From: an uncultured Chloroflexia bacterium
Lineage (GTDB): Bacteria; Chloroflexota; Anaerolineae; Anaerolineales; E44-bin32
Reading direction: 5' to 3'
DNA: 64,000 nt
Assembly: GCA_963710255.1 (NCBI GenBank)
Contig: CAVPZJ010000004.1
Coordinates: 149,279 to 213,278, forward strand
Positions 44,001-54,295 of the stretch are shown here, piece by piece. Positions within the stretch are counted from its first letter, which is position 1, and every line of letters starts with the position of its first letter. The translations under genes were made by a program, and so were the position numbers. The notes under the pieces are model-generated. The model saw only the letters and a list, made by a program, of their open reading frames with translations, ran no database searches and had not been told where the DNA came from.

Positions 44001-44634
44001 TGGAGGCGATGCGAATGCCGTTGCCTGTATTGGGCGCAGCCGAACCAAGCGCACGCACGCCGACCAGGTTGCGCCGCACTGTCGTCTCGCTGCCGCGGAT
44101 GAGGATCCCGGTGGTGTTTGCATGGAAGGCGTTGTCCTCGATCAGGTTGCCGGAGCCCTGGACGTAAATGGCCGCCGCCTCGTCTCCACCGGTGAAGCTG
44201 GAGAAGCCCAGGCCGCGCACCGTGGTCCCGGTTCTCTCTAGGAAGAGGCCATACTCGATATCCTCATCACCCACGAGCACGACCGAGGGATTGCCTTCGA
44301 ATCTTGGCATCGTGCTGCCGTCGATGGTTGTGCCAGTATCGCTAATGACGGGCAACTCGTCATCGAGGTAAATCACGAAGTACGGGCTGCCAGATTCGAA
44401 GTTAAACCAAATCGTATCCGGCCCGGGGTGGACGTTGGCAGCGGTGATCGCCTCGCGCAGCGTGCAGTGCTCGTAATCGCAAACGCCGTCGGTTTCGTCC
44501 GCCCGGCTGTTCACGACGTAGGCAGCCGCTTCGGCCGGAGCGGGGAGACCGAAAGCCGCCAGGACGAGGGTGGTGATGATGCTGAGCCTGAGGCACACCA
44601 AGACGGCAGTCGAGAAGGTGGGGCGATGGGACAT
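41095..44634 (-). CDS. CSLREA-domain protein with two parallel beta-helix modules, TM hairpin, SH3-like and FN3-like domains
   Basis: Signal peptide (AEA), CTLREAI and CSLREAI motifs, NxIxxNxxxGI repeats, TATATDxxGNTSEFS, two TM helices, NATCRFGP and YYRWRVRAVDSAGN; AAGGAG RBS before MSHRP. Confidence 0.88.
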   Translation of the reverse strand: MSHRPTFSTAVLVCLRLSIITTLVLAAFGLPAPAEAAAYVVNSRADETDGVCDYEHCTLREAITAANVHPGPDTIWFNFESGSPYFVIYLDDELPVISDTGTTIDGSTMPRFEGNPSVVLVGDEDIEYGLFLERTGTTVRGLGFSSFTGGDEAAAIYVQGSGNLIEDNAFHANTTGILIRGSETTVRRNLVGVRALGSAAPNTGNGIRIASNNNLLTENTIAYNGGAGILVAPDHDFTGNTFTRNSIHDNGALGIEIGENNAGVDTPYLTSRSVSEVSGEACRDCLIELFLAAPDPTDYGEGMTFLGETSTGSSREFTFAFDDPLDRCDPITATATDPSGNTSEFSLNVTAPDCLRATLPPLTEPYLTVNTEDDLDDGICDAEHCSLREAINQANSHLGADMISFDIPDPTPHSIELVRRLPHLTDDRTTIDGTTEPDFGPNPSVILSGRNGISVGLEVDSQRNTIRGLSFIYFGSVDYSDGWYEVSGSAIVLQGGFNRIENNKIYLNDAHGVDVRSNHNLITGNKFGALGEGLADWPNAGHGITVSGDFNTIGGNGPGEGNQIAASGLHGINVYNSEGNRIFGNIIGGDASGEVAIPNHGSGIFSQGVLEIGGLDPGEGNIIIGNDAQGVYLYDTARDSFIAGNTIRENGEFGILVEDDDDAIHTFTRNSIFANGDLGIKTNRTEDHIPRIEHASLTEISGFACRGCLVELFLADPDPTGYGEGKTFLGEARADIGGAWSVAISGVSSCDDVTATATKSGVGTSEFAENKPVNCLRMSGAPMAAAIGISVLIFVGIILMVQALRPETPPWWLPAGAASGLVLSLLFIGILVLSHRVRLDLTRRPPIPDPIPACEQYIDPKTISPADDSIFELDQDPLLSWIAGQDLPDGEIIWEIIVRLPDQTLASVVTAEPSLRLSALGVDPRPGGVYGWRVNAATRADQAEEDVRFCRGEEEHTFTFVNPLLAEAAPAETELVEPSPAPEEQAACDPQVTAMMNATCRFGPDSAFHELGYLLQGEMAPAQAQTQGGGWYQVLLGNNVTCWVWSGAVEPVCTGELPVDPGPEPPTQVPAPADETPPPAPKTLAPKNGESIACVASVALSWSTVDDPSGISSYNIQAERSPDQSSWSSAPGSPWSTGGTGQSIPVECGFYYRWRVRAVDSAGNTGTYSPWSAFTVPLQ

Positions 44635-44764
44635 GGCAAGCTCCTTGTACAATCGATCCAGCGGTTGACGATGATGTGATTGCGAATACCAGCGCTGAAC
44701 CTGCGTTTGCCACCATCCCAATTTCGGATCAGGTCTGAACGATCAACCGATCACCTATACTCTC

Positions 44765-44791
44765 AACGATGCGGCGCATGGCTTTGTGACA
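44765..44791 (-). promoter_or_regulatory. Putative ECF sigma promoter TGTCACA-N16-CGTT (copy 1)
   Basis: Minus strand TGTCACA aagccatgcgccgcat CGTT, about 130 bp upstream of the CSLREA gene start. Confidence 0.7.
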
Positions 44792-44980
44792 AGCTGCACC
44801 CAGCAAGACCGGAGGCGTTGTCCCGGGCGATGCAGATCGCCACCCCTGTCTTCTGGGACCAAGCACATTATGTACGATATTTCACAATTCGCGCCAACAG
44901 CGTTTTGGGCTCAGTCCCGATTTTGCAGCCTTAACCTCGGCCTAGGGCTAACTACGCTACAGGGCAGTCTTTCTCCAATG

Positions 44981-45016
44981 AAGCAGGACCTTCCAACTGG
45001 AAGGTCCTGCTTTTTT
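44981..45016. terminator. Intrinsic terminator-like hairpin after the 45036-46793 gene
   Basis: AAGCAGGACCTTCCA-ac-TGGAAGGTCCTGCTT followed by a T run; the longer T run is on the plus strand. Confidence 0.7.
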
Positions 45017-45035
45017 CAGGGACATGCGCTGGGGG

Positions 45036-46793
45036 TTAAGGTGGGTTGCTGTGGCACGTCGGATTGAAAGCCGTTAGGCTGGTGTTGTACCAGTAGCACC
45101 CGGCTGCCGAACAGGTCTCAGCGGTGCTGTAGGAACTGCAAGTTGGGATAGGCGTCGGCAGCTGTGGATCGTTCCAGCGCGGGATGTTGCTCGTATCTCC
45201 TCCCGGTGCGACGCCGTCCTTCGGCACGTAGCACGTGTCACCGATGCTATCCGGGTTGGTGATCACCCACCATGTGCCTGCCAGGTTCTGTGCGACGATC
45301 GGGGAGCTCTCACCCAGGAGAAAGTACCCAGCAACGGGGTAAATTCCGGGATTGGGGCCCATCAGGCAGGCCAGGTCGCGGAGTGCATCTGCGTAGGGAA
45401 TCTCGGGGACCAGCGACAGGGCGCAGTTGCCGGCGGCATTGGTGAAGAAACTACGTGTCGCCGACCATGTCCCCTCGAACCCGTCCTGCACGGCCGCCAC
45501 CCGCCAGAAGTATTCGGTGCAGTCCTGGAGCGGGTCGGTGATGACGATCGTGCCCGGGAACATGTAGGTTCCCAACAGGTTCTGCCCGCCAAAGTTGAGA
45601 TCGGTTTGCAGGTCCAACGCCCAGCCGTCCGGGATGCACCCCACGAATGGGCCCGGGTTGAACTGCAGCCAGGCAGTCGTATCGGCAATCTCCGCGCCAT
45701 CCGGCGGCATGATCAACTCGGGGGGGCCGGCCATATCGCCAAATGCCTCGCATTCCGGACCCGTGAAGAAAGTCTCGGATCCGCTGAAATTTCCCAGCGC
45801 CGGGGGCTCGATTGCTGCTACGTCCCACCAATAGCGGGTGGCGGGCTCCAGCGGGTTGCTTGTCCAGCTGTCCGTCAAACCGAACCCGCCCAGCAGGGGT
45901 TGTCCAGCCAGATCGAGGGTCGTTGCCAGCCGGACCACAAAACCAGCCGGGTCACAGTAATCCGGATATTCCCATTCGAGCGTTGGCGTGAGCGTGTCGA
46001 CAATTTCATACCCGCCTGGCCCGATGGTCTCGGGGGGGACCAGGCCGGTAGGCTGGCAGGCAAGCGGGGGGCAGGTGTTGCCGGGGTCGACTCGAAAGCT
46101 GACCGGATCCGAGTAGGGTCCTACAACCCCGCCGGCGGTCCCCGCCACACGCCAATAGTACACTGCGCAGCTGGTGACCGCCGTTGGTGATTCATAGTGC
46201 ATGGTGGGATCGTCCAGCTGGATATCGAATACGTTGGGTGAGAACCCGGGATCGAACGCGAGCTGCAGGTGATAGCCTTCCGGTGCACAGGCCGGGTCGG
46301 GGTAAGTCCAGTTGAAATTGGGATCTGGCCAGGCAAAGGTGCTGCCTTCCGTCGGAAAGCCCGGGTCCGGTGCGACGAGAGCCGCCTCTTCGCAGGGAAG
46401 CACGCCGTGGAAGGATTTCACCGTCGACCAGGGGCCATCCGTCGAACCGACGAATGCGCGGGCCCGCCAGTAGTAGGTGACGCCGGCTTGAACGGGCAGC
46501 GGCCAACCCATGGAGTTGGGCAGGGTGCTGCTCGCCCCGAGCACGGAACCGGAGAAGTCGCTCACGGTGTCTACTTCGATGCGGTAGCCCTCCGGTTGGC
46601 AGGCCGGATCGTTGTAGAGCCATGTCATGGTGGTTTGATAGACCACGTACTGACCCCCGTCGAAGGGGTAGGTCAGGATCGGTGCGCGCAGCGTGGCCGG
46701 GTCGCAGTACTGGGGCTGATTCCCCCCGCCACATGCCACCAGGAAGGCAGCAAAGAACAACGCACAAGTGAGATAAATGGGACGGCGAGTCAT
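45036..46793 (-). CDS. Cys-rich lipoprotein with four Ig/FN3-like repeats and an SH3-like domain
   Basis: Lipobox LVAC; four repeats with CxPxG(Y/F/W)...YYWRV-type motifs; DLACLMGP...GTWW; AGGAGG RBS before MTRRP. Confidence 0.85.
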   Translation of the reverse strand: MTRRPIYLTCALFFAAFLVACGGGNQPQYCDPATLRAPILTYPFDGGQYVVYQTTMTWLYNDPACQPEGYRIEVDTVSDFSGSVLGASSTLPNSMGWPLPVQAGVTYYWRARAFVGSTDGPWSTVKSFHGVLPCEEAALVAPDPGFPTEGSTFAWPDPNFNWTYPDPACAPEGYHLQLAFDPGFSPNVFDIQLDDPTMHYESPTAVTSCAVYYWRVAGTAGGVVGPYSDPVSFRVDPGNTCPPLACQPTGLVPPETIGPGGYEIVDTLTPTLEWEYPDYCDPAGFVVRLATTLDLAGQPLLGGFGLTDSWTSNPLEPATRYWWDVAAIEPPALGNFSGSETFFTGPECEAFGDMAGPPELIMPPDGAEIADTTAWLQFNPGPFVGCIPDGWALDLQTDLNFGGQNLLGTYMFPGTIVITDPLQDCTEYFWRVAAVQDGFEGTWSATRSFFTNAAGNCALSLVPEIPYADALRDLACLMGPNPGIYPVAGYFLLGESSPIVAQNLAGTWWVITNPDSIGDTCYVPKDGVAPGGDTSNIPRWNDPQLPTPIPTCSSYSTAETCSAAGCYWYNTSLTAFNPTCHSNPP

Positions 46794-46876
46794 GGGGGTC
46801 CTCCTTTGAGAATCTCCTGCCTCCTTCTGGGCGGAAGATGCTTTAGGCCTGGCCGGATCGCGGTGCCTATACCTGC

Positions 46877-46903
46877 AACGGAGAACCAACACGGATTGTG
46901 ACA
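46877..46903 (-). promoter_or_regulatory. Putative ECF sigma promoter TGTCACA-N16-CGTT (copy 2)
   Basis: Minus strand TGTCACA atccgtgttggttctc CGTT, about 85 bp upstream of the start codon. Confidence 0.7.
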
Positions 46904-47099
46904 GGAGTTACAAACCAGTTCCTCATTGTGACGCTGAATCGTGGGTTCCGCAACTGGATTTCCTCACGCTCGCCCGTGAATGTGAGGTAGGGCGCGACCC
47001 TGCATACCCGATCTGGCCCGTCTTCAGCCCTTCACTATGTCAGCCAGTCGTCAAGCCAATTCGATCGCGTGCGATCCATTTCGTGATAATCTTCGCTCG

Positions 47100-47768
47100 A
47101 TGAAACCACAGGAAAGTCACGAACCTGGCCTCCTGGTCCGACTGCTGATGACGCCCCTGCTTCTTTTAACCCGTCTGCCCCTGGCGGGCTTCATCATTGG
47201 TATGCTGGTCCTGGGGATCCTCGGCTTTGGCGCTTACTACTCGTTCAACTCGGATTTCTTTGGGCTGGCGGCGCCGCCGTTGGAAGAGATGGTCTTCTCC
47301 CAGGGCTACCAGCGCGTCAGCGCGCCGGACGAGCGCCAGTGGACGATCAGCTACGAGTTCGAGCACGATTCGACCTTCACCGGCGTGGTGCGGCATGTCT
47401 CCCACTGGCGGGAGGAGGACATCCCCTTCGCCACGCACGACGTCCTGATCACGACCGGCGAATTCGCCTCGCAGTCGCGCGTCCACGTCAGCGTGCTCTT
47501 CCATACCTTCACCTACCGCTACTTCGACGATCCGGCGCCGGCCGGCACGGTCAACCTGCTGCACATCATCCCGGCCACGCCTGAGATCTACCGCCAGCTG
47601 CTCGAGCTGCGCGAGTGGAACCTGGTGACGATCCACGGGCGGGAGATCCTGCGCATCGAGCGCTTCGATCCGGACGGGGAATTCCTGGGGTACTGGCAGG
47701 ACGCCGGCTGCAATTCGATCCTGGTCGACGCGGTCAGCGTGGTCGACATCGGCACGCCTGTGCCCTGA
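47100..47768 (+). CDS. Hypothetical membrane-anchored protein
   Basis: N-terminal TM segment; strong GC3 codon bias; NLLHIIP motif; start uncertain. Confidence 0.7.
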   Translation: MKPQESHEPGLLVRLLMTPLLLLTRLPLAGFIIGMLVLGILGFGAYYSFNSDFFGLAAPPLEEMVFSQGYQRVSAPDERQWTISYEFEHDSTFTGVVRHVSHWREEDIPFATHDVLITTGEFASQSRVHVSVLFHTFTYRYFDDPAPAGTVNLLHIIPATPEIYRQLLELREWNLVTIHGREILRIERFDPDGEFLGYWQDAGCNSILVDAVSVVDIGTPVP

Positions 47769-47975
47769 TCCCACCGCAGCGCAAAAAATCCAAGAGTTGC
47801 CGCGATCCCATGACCTGGCCCGACCAAGGCCCCGGTTACGGCTCATTCCACCACGCCGATCAGCGCCTTACGTTTACTTAACAACCCATGAGAATATCTA
47901 GAATCACGATCAGCATATGGATATAATGCTTTAGTAAATCAATATTTTAGCCACTTAATCATAGGCGGATTGCTC

Positions 47976-48431
47976 ATGCGCGGGAACGGATCGATGGCGA
48001 TCACCCAGGAATTGTTCCAGATCTTGAAGCGCTTTTCACGATTGCGCTGGGAGAAGAGCGATTTCCAGGGCCTTAAACGCAGCGAGTTCGAATTCCTGAT
48101 CGTGCTCGATATGCTGCTTGGAGAAGGGGCGCACGCCGTCCCGGCCTCCGAGTTGAGCAATCAGATGCAGATCACGCCGGCCGGCGTGACGCACCTGATC
48201 AACCCGCTTGAGGAGGCCGGCTATATCGAACGCCTGCCGGACCCGAATGACCGGCGGGTCGTGCTGGTCGGCTTGACCCCAAAGGGCAAGGAGCTGGCCG
48301 AGATCCTGCTCCTGGAAGCGCATGACAGCCTGGTGGGGGTGGTGAAGTACCTGGGCGAAGAAGACAGCCGAACGCTGGTGCGCCTGATGTCCTCGATGAT
48401 CACCTACCTCGAGGCGCTTCCCGATCGCTAG
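47976..48431 (+). CDS. MarR family transcriptional regulator
   Basis: SELSNQMQITPAGVTHLINPLEEAGYIERLPDPNDRRVVLVGLTPKG; AT-rich upstream region with TATAAT at 47922-47927. Confidence 0.93.
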   Translation: MRGNGSMAITQELFQILKRFSRLRWEKSDFQGLKRSEFEFLIVLDMLLGEGAHAVPASELSNQMQITPAGVTHLINPLEEAGYIERLPDPNDRRVVLVGLTPKGKELAEILLLEAHDSLVGVVKYLGEEDSRTLVRLMSSMITYLEALPDR

Positions 48432-48474
48432 CCGGGAGGGCGCTTAGCAAGGGCATAGAAAACACGAACAACCA

Positions 48475-50436
48475 ATGTCAGAACAAAAGAACTTGATCAT
48501 CCAATTGAAGAACGTGCAGAAGGCCTATTCGACCGGTGATGGACCCTTCGTCGCGCTGCGTGATATCAACCTGGACATCGTCCAGGGTGAATTCCTGGGC
48601 ATCACCGGGAAATCCGGCGCCGGCAAGACGACCCTGCTGAACATGATCTCCGGGGTGAGCAGGCTGTCTGCTGGCGAGGTGAGCTACTACGGCCACGACA
48701 ACGGGAAGGAAGGGACACTCTCGATCCACGCCCTGGACGAGGACGAGCGGGCTACCTGGCGCGGCAAAAACGTCGGCATCGTATACCAGTCTTTCGAGCT
48801 GATGCCCACGCTCAACCTGCTCGAAAACGTGATGCTGCCGCCCGATTTCCTGGGCACCTACAACCCCATCATCACCAAGGAAAAGGCGCTCTCCCTGCTG
48901 GACCAGGTCGGGATCGCGGAGCACGCCTACAAGATCCCTGCCCACATCTCGGGCGGGCAGAAACAGCGTGTGGCCATCGCCCGGGCGCTGGTCAACGATC
49001 CCTTGCTCATCATCGCCGATGAGCCCACCGGCAACCTGGACACCGTCACGGCCGAGACCATCATGCAGATCTTCCAGGGCCTGGTTCAGGCCGGCAAGAC
49101 CGTCGTCATGGTCACGCACGATGAGAGCATGGCCCCGCGATTCACCCGCCGCATGCACATCATCGATGGGGCGCTCGGTGAGCCGTCTGCGAATGGCGCT
49201 GCGCCGGTGACGCGCATCGCGACCGGGCCCTTCGTCTCCAAGCCTGCTGAGCCTGTCCAAAGCAAGCCCGCATTAGAAGCGCTGCCGGCAAGCCATGGCA
49301 CACCCCAGCTTGATGTGAAAGCGGCATCATCGAACGGCCGCGGGGAGCACCCGGCCATCCTGCTGCGCAGCGTGGACAAGGTGTACGAGAGCCCGGCCGG
49401 GCGGTTCGTGGCGCTGAAGTCGATCGACATGCAGCTGAGCTACGGCCAGTTCATCTCGATTGTTGGGAAATCGGGCAGCGGCAAATCCACCCTGATCAAC
49501 ATGGTCACCGGCATCGACCATCCCACCGCAGGCGAGGTCGTCGTCGGGAATGAGCACATCTACGACATGTCCGAAAGCAAGCGGGCCCTGTGGCGCGGCC
49601 GCAACGTGGGCGTGGTCTTCCAGTTCTTCCAGCTCCTGCCGACCTTGACGCTGCTCGAGAACACGATGCTGCCGATGGACTACTGCGGGGTCTTTCCGTT
49701 TGGTGAACGCCTGGACCGGGCGATGGGTCTGCTGGAACGGGTGGGATTGCATGAGCATGCGCACAAGCTGCCCGGTTCGGTTTCGAGCGGCCAGCAGCAG
49801 AGCGCAGCTATTGCCCGAGCGCTGGCGAATGATCCCTCGATCATCCTGGCCGATGAACCGACCGGGAACCTGGACTCGCGCTCGGCCGGTGTCGTGCTGG
49901 ATTTGTTCCAGGAACTTGCCGAGGAGGGGAAGACGATCCTGATCGTCACCCACGATCCGGCCATTACCAAGCGCACCGATCAAACCGTGATCCTCTCCGA
50001 TGGGGAAATCATCGATTCGACCATCGCCCGTGCGCTTCCCCAACTTTCGCATCCGCAGATGCTCGCCGCCACCCATGAAGCGAGCAAAAAGGTGTTCGCC
50101 CCACGCGAACCCATCCTGCACCAGGGTGAACCGGTTGAACAGTTCTGCATGGTCGTCGAAGGAGAAGTCGAAGTCATCGTGACGAACAGCCAATGCGGCG
50201 AGATCAGCCTGGCCTCGCTGGGGCCGGGGCAGTTCTTCGGTGAGGTAGAACTCACCCGCGGCGGCACCTCGATCGCTGGAGTCCGCGCCTCCGCAAGCGG
50301 GGCGACGATCGCCTTGCTGCCGCGCGAACCCTTCTTCAAGCTCATCGATGGCTCGCCCCTTACCCGCAACCGGCTGGCGGATGTGGCCGAGGCGCGCATT
50401 AGCGAGAACCGCCGCAGGGTGGACGGCGCATGTTGA
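48475..50436 (+). CDS. MacB/LolD-type ABC ATPase with two ABC domains and a C-terminal cNMP-binding-like domain
   Basis: [27 protein letters not shown], then [26 protein letters not shown], then ILHQGE...VVEGEVEV...[10 protein letters not shown]. Confidence 0.9.
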   Translation: MSEQKNLIIQLKNVQKAYSTGDGPFVALRDINLDIVQGEFLGITGKSGAGKTTLLNMISGVSRLSAGEVSYYGHDNGKEGTLSIHALDEDERATWRGKNVGIVYQSFELMPTLNLLENVMLPPDFLGTYNPIITKEKALSLLDQVGIAEHAYKIPAHISGGQKQRVAIARALVNDPLLIIADEPTGNLDTVTAETIMQIFQGLVQAGKTVVMVTHDESMAPRFTRRMHIIDGALGEPSANGAAPVTRIATGPFVSKPAEPVQSKPALEALPASHGTPQLDVKAASSNGRGEHPAILLRSVDKVYESPAGRFVALKSIDMQLSYGQFISIVGKSGSGKSTLINMVTGIDHPTAGEVVVGNEHIYDMSESKRALWRGRNVGVVFQFFQLLPTLTLLENTMLPMDYCGVFPFGERLDRAMGLLERVGLHEHAHKLPGSVSSGQQQSAAIARALANDPSIILADEPTGNLDSRSAGVVLDLFQELAEEGKTILIVTHDPAITKRTDQTVILSDGEIIDSTIARALPQLSHPQMLAATHEASKKVFAPREPILHQGEPVEQFCMVVEGEVEVIVTNSQCGEISLASLGPGQFFGEVELTRGGTSIAGVRASASGATIALLPREPFFKLIDGSPLTRNRLADVAEARISENRRRVDGAC

Positions 50437-52853
50437 ACCGGGACGATCGTTCAGGGGGTCTGAAACCGCGCTGGCGCAAGGTGCTCTCCGACCTGCGTGA
50501 CAGCAAGCTGCGCACGCTGCTCGTGATTGCCTCGATCGCGGTCGGGGTGTTCGCCATCGGCATGGTCATTACCGCCTATGACATCATGGCCGAGGACATC
50601 AATATCAGTTACGCTGCCGTGAACCCGGTCAACATCGAGATCGTTACGGATCCTTTCTACGATGACCTCGTGCGCGTCATCGAACGCACCCCGGGTGTGG
50701 ACGGAGTCGAAGGCCAGCTGGTGCGGCGGATCCGTGCCCGCAAGATCGATGAGACCTGGCAGGGCGTTAACCTGATCGCCAAGGATGATTTCGAGAACAG
50801 TACGATCAACTCGCTCACGGCCATCGATGGTGCACTAACACCAAGCCCGGACGAGCTCGTCATCAGCGAGGATTTCCTGAACAGCACCGGGTTCCAGGTA
50901 GGGGATGAAGTCGAGATCGAGCTGCCCGACTCCTCCCGTCATATCCTGACTGTAGCGGGCGTTGTCACGGACCTGGGGACCGGTGGTGGCGCGGATCCGC
51001 AGTCGGGTGCGAACGCGTACGTCACCTTTGCAACCCTTAAATCCTTCGGCGTACCCGAGTACTTCAACCACCTGCTGGTCACCGTTGAAGGTGAGGGTGG
51101 CGACAAAGCCTACATTCGCCAGGTCGCGGCCACCGTGGAAGACCGGCTGGACCGCAACCAGCTCGGCCATTACCGCACGGACATCAACCTCTCAACCGAG
51201 AACCCGATGGCCTCGACGGTGCTCGCCGTGCTGGGGGTGTTGGGCGCCCTGGGCGGGCTGATCACCGTCCTGAGCAGTTCCTTAATCATCAATACCCTGA
51301 ACGCGCTGCTCACGCAGCACCTGCGCCAGATCGGGGTGATGAAGCTGGTCGGCGGGCGCAGCCTGCAGATCATGGGGATGTACCTGGCCTTGATCCTGGC
51401 CTACGGCCTGATCGCCCTGGTCATCACCGTCCCCTTGGGGACGATCGCCGGGAACTGGTTTGCCAGCTTCATGGCGAATATGCTCGGGGCGCAGCTGCAG
51501 GGTTTCCGCATCGTGCCGCTCGCCATCCTCACCCAGGTGTTAATCGCCTTCCTGCTCCCGCTGGGGGCGGGGTTCTTTCCCGTCAACCAGGGCTCGCGCA
51601 TCAACGTGCGCCGTGCGATCAGCGACGACCGCCCCGGGAACCAGCCGACCGAGCTCGATTTCCTCAATCGCTTCATGGCGCGCATGCGCTGGACCTCCCG
51701 GCCGCTGCTGCTCTCGATCCGCAACACCTTCCGCAAGAAGGGACGGCTGCTGCTCACCATCTTCACCCTGACCATCGCCGGCAGCGTGTTTATCGGTGTC
51801 TTTAACGTGCGCGCCTCGCTGGACTACTTCATGGATTCCCTGATGCAGCACTTTATGGGCGATATCTCGGTCCGCTTCAGCCGGCCCTACCCGGTTGGCA
51901 GCCTGGAACGGGCGCTTGAGCCCGTGCCCGGCGTGGAAGGCGTCGAAGCATGGAGCGGAGCGGGCGGCGAGATCCTGGATGCGGGCGATGAGGTCGTCGT
52001 GAAAATATCGCTCATCGCTCCGCCAAGCGACACCTTCCTGTTGAACCCGGACCTCGTGGCCGGCCGTTGGCTGAATCCGGGGGAGCGTTATGCGCTTGTG
52101 ATCTCCGACTCGATTTATGAATGGTATCCAGACCTTGAGCCAGGTGACACCTTGATGATCAGGGTTCCTGGCAACCGGGATTCTGCCTGGGAGGTCGTGG
52201 GGATCTTTCGCTTCGTGAGCTTGTTGGGGGATCCCATCGCGTATGCGGACTTTGACCAGGTCTCGAAGCTGGTCAAGCTGCCCAACCAATCTGCATCCAT
52301 TAAGCTGATCACCGAAACCCACGACGTGGCGGCCCTGGGCGCGCTCAGCCTGGCAATCGACTCCTACCTCATCGACCGTGGGTTTGACGTCAGCGAAGTG
52401 ATTACGGGCGAGGTCATGCGCAAGGACAGCACGGAGGCAATCAACATCCTGGTCATCTTCCTGTTAATCATGGCGCTGCTGACGGCGTTCGTGGGGAGCA
52501 TCGGGTTGACCGGCACGATGGGGATGAACGTGCTCGAGCGGACGCGCGAGATCGGCGTGATGCGCGCCATCGGCGCCGTGGACTTCGTCGTCATCCAGTC
52601 CGTGGTGGTGGAAGCCCTGCTCATCGGCTTGATCACATGGGTGCTCGCCATCGGGCTTTCCTTTCCAATCAGCGCCTTCCTGCTGCGCATTATCGGTGAG
52701 GCGATGATGGGCTCGCAGCTGGTGTTGAGATTTACGACGCTAGGGGTGTTTATCTGGTTGGGGATGGTCATCATCCTTTCGTTATTTGCCAGCATCGTCC
52801 CTGCCCGCAACGCCGCTCGCCTGACGATCCAGGAAGTCCTGGCCTATGAGTAA
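50430..52853 (+). CDS. FtsX/MacB-like ABC exporter permease (duplicated)
   Basis: Two MacB_PCD/FtsX halves; [25 protein letters not shown] and PARNAARL motifs. Confidence 0.92.
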   Translation: MLNRDDRSGGLKPRWRKVLSDLRDSKLRTLLVIASIAVGVFAIGMVITAYDIMAEDINISYAAVNPVNIEIVTDPFYDDLVRVIERTPGVDGVEGQLVRRIRARKIDETWQGVNLIAKDDFENSTINSLTAIDGALTPSPDELVISEDFLNSTGFQVGDEVEIELPDSSRHILTVAGVVTDLGTGGGADPQSGANAYVTFATLKSFGVPEYFNHLLVTVEGEGGDKAYIRQVAATVEDRLDRNQLGHYRTDINLSTENPMASTVLAVLGVLGALGGLITVLSSSLIINTLNALLTQHLRQIGVMKLVGGRSLQIMGMYLALILAYGLIALVITVPLGTIAGNWFASFMANMLGAQLQGFRIVPLAILTQVLIAFLLPLGAGFFPVNQGSRINVRRAISDDRPGNQPTELDFLNRFMARMRWTSRPLLLSIRNTFRKKGRLLLTIFTLTIAGSVFIGVFNVRASLDYFMDSLMQHFMGDISVRFSRPYPVGSLERALEPVPGVEGVEAWSGAGGEILDAGDEVVVKISLIAPPSDTFLLNPDLVAGRWLNPGERYALVISDSIYEWYPDLEPGDTLMIRVPGNRDSAWEVVGIFRFVSLLGDPIAYADFDQVSKLVKLPNQSASIKLITETHDVAALGALSLAIDSYLIDRGFDVSEVITGEVMRKDSTEAINILVIFLLIMALLTAFVGSIGLTGTMGMNVLERTREIGVMRAIGAVDFVVIQSVVVEALLIGLITWVLAIGLSFPISAFLLRIIGEAMMGSQLVLRFTTLGVFIWLGMVIILSLFASIVPARNAARLTIQEVLAYE

Positions 52854-52955
52854 ACGTGGCGCTGCTGGTCAGCTGAGCGTATCCGCAATCTGTGAAAAGT
52901 CATGGCGCGCCGGTGTTCTGCGCCAGTCGACATGAATGCATCAGGAGAAAGATCG

Positions 52956-54143
52956 ATGAACGCAGCCAGAAAAAATACCCGCCGGACCTTGCTTGTGCTC
53001 CTATTCGCCCTGGGGCTGGCCGGCTGTTCCGGTCAAGAGCAGGCGACAGCCGCCTCGGCCGGGGGCGACCCGCTGGCCGGTTTTGTGCCGGCAGTCAGCG
53101 CGACCGGAGTCGTGCGGCCATTGACCTGGGCCACGCTCAGCTTCCAGGGTGGGGGGCTGGTCGAGCAAGTGCTGGTTGAGCGGGGGGACCAGGTGGAAGC
53201 CGGGCAGGTCCTGGTAGAACTGGGCGGCACCGAGCAGGTGCGCGCCTCGCTGACCGCCGCCCGGCTTGAACAGGTCAGCGCCCAGCAGGCGCTTGATGCG
53301 CTCATCGAGAACGCCGATCTGGCCGAAGCCCAGGCCCAGTTGGTGCTCGCCCTGGCGCGCGACGCGCTGGAAGATGCCGAGTACGATTGGCAGGTGCTGC
53401 AGCCCGGATACCGGGCCAGCGGGGATACGATCGATGCCGCCGAGGCGAACCTGGTCCTGGCGGACGAGGAGGTCGACCGGGCGCAGCAAGCCTATGACCA
53501 TGCCAGCGGGGAAGCCGGCAAGGCGCTGGCGCTCTCGAACCTGATCGCCGCCAGGAAGCAGCGCGATTCGATTCAACGCAACCTGAACTGGTACCTGGGA
53601 TCGCCGACCGAGATCGACCAGGCCATCCAGGACGCAGAATTGGCCCAGGCCAGGGCGCAGTTAGCCTCCGCCGAGCGCGAGTACGCCAAGGTGGAGAACG
53701 GTCCCAGTCCAGACGCGCTCGAGCTGGCGCAGGCCAGGCTGGCCGCTGCCAACGCGGCGGTTGCCGCCGCCGAGCGCGCGTTAGCAGATACCGAATTACG
53801 GGCTGAGTTCGGCGGCACGGTGAGTGAGGTCTACGTCCGGGCGGATGAATTCGTCGGCCCGGGCCAGCCGATCGTGCTGCTGGCGGACTTGAGCGAGCTC
53901 ATCGTCGAGACCACCGATTTGAACGAGATTGACGTCGCCCGGGTCGCCGTCGGGGATGAGGCGCTCGTCACCTTCGATGCGCTGCCTGAGCTCGAGCTCC
54001 AGGGCACGCTGAGCTACATCGCCTCCAAGGCAGATCCAGGGACCGGGGTGAATTACCTGGTCGAGGTGAAGGTTGCCGATGGTTTTCCAGAAGGCGTGCG
54101 CTGGGGGATGACAGCCTACGTGGAGGTAAAAGTCGGAGAGTGA
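52956..54143 (+). CDS. HlyD/MacA-family membrane fusion (adaptor) lipoprotein
   Basis: Lipobox LAGC, lipoyl half-motifs (VLVERGDQVEAGQVL; LRAEFGGTV), long helical hairpin, GMTAYV; AGGAG RBS. Confidence 0.9.
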   Translation: MNAARKNTRRTLLVLLFALGLAGCSGQEQATAASAGGDPLAGFVPAVSATGVVRPLTWATLSFQGGGLVEQVLVERGDQVEAGQVLVELGGTEQVRASLTAARLEQVSAQQALDALIENADLAEAQAQLVLALARDALEDAEYDWQVLQPGYRASGDTIDAAEANLVLADEEVDRAQQAYDHASGEAGKALALSNLIAARKQRDSIQRNLNWYLGSPTEIDQAIQDAELAQARAQLASAEREYAKVENGPSPDALELAQARLAAANAAVAAAERALADTELRAEFGGTVSEVYVRADEFVGPGQPIVLLADLSELIVETTDLNEIDVARVAVGDEALVTFDALPELELQGTLSYIASKADPGTGVNYLVEVKVADGFPEGVRWGMTAYVEVKVGE

Positions 54144-54295
54144 TCCGGGTATAGCCAGCAGTACGGCCCCTGGCACACGAAAGGGATGGATTAATCCAGC
54201 ACCGTCCTCTGAGCGGAAAACCCGCATTCGTACGCCCGGACAGCCGTGGACAAAATCCTCAGCGGTCCAATCAGCAGATCAAACCATGGCGGCTG

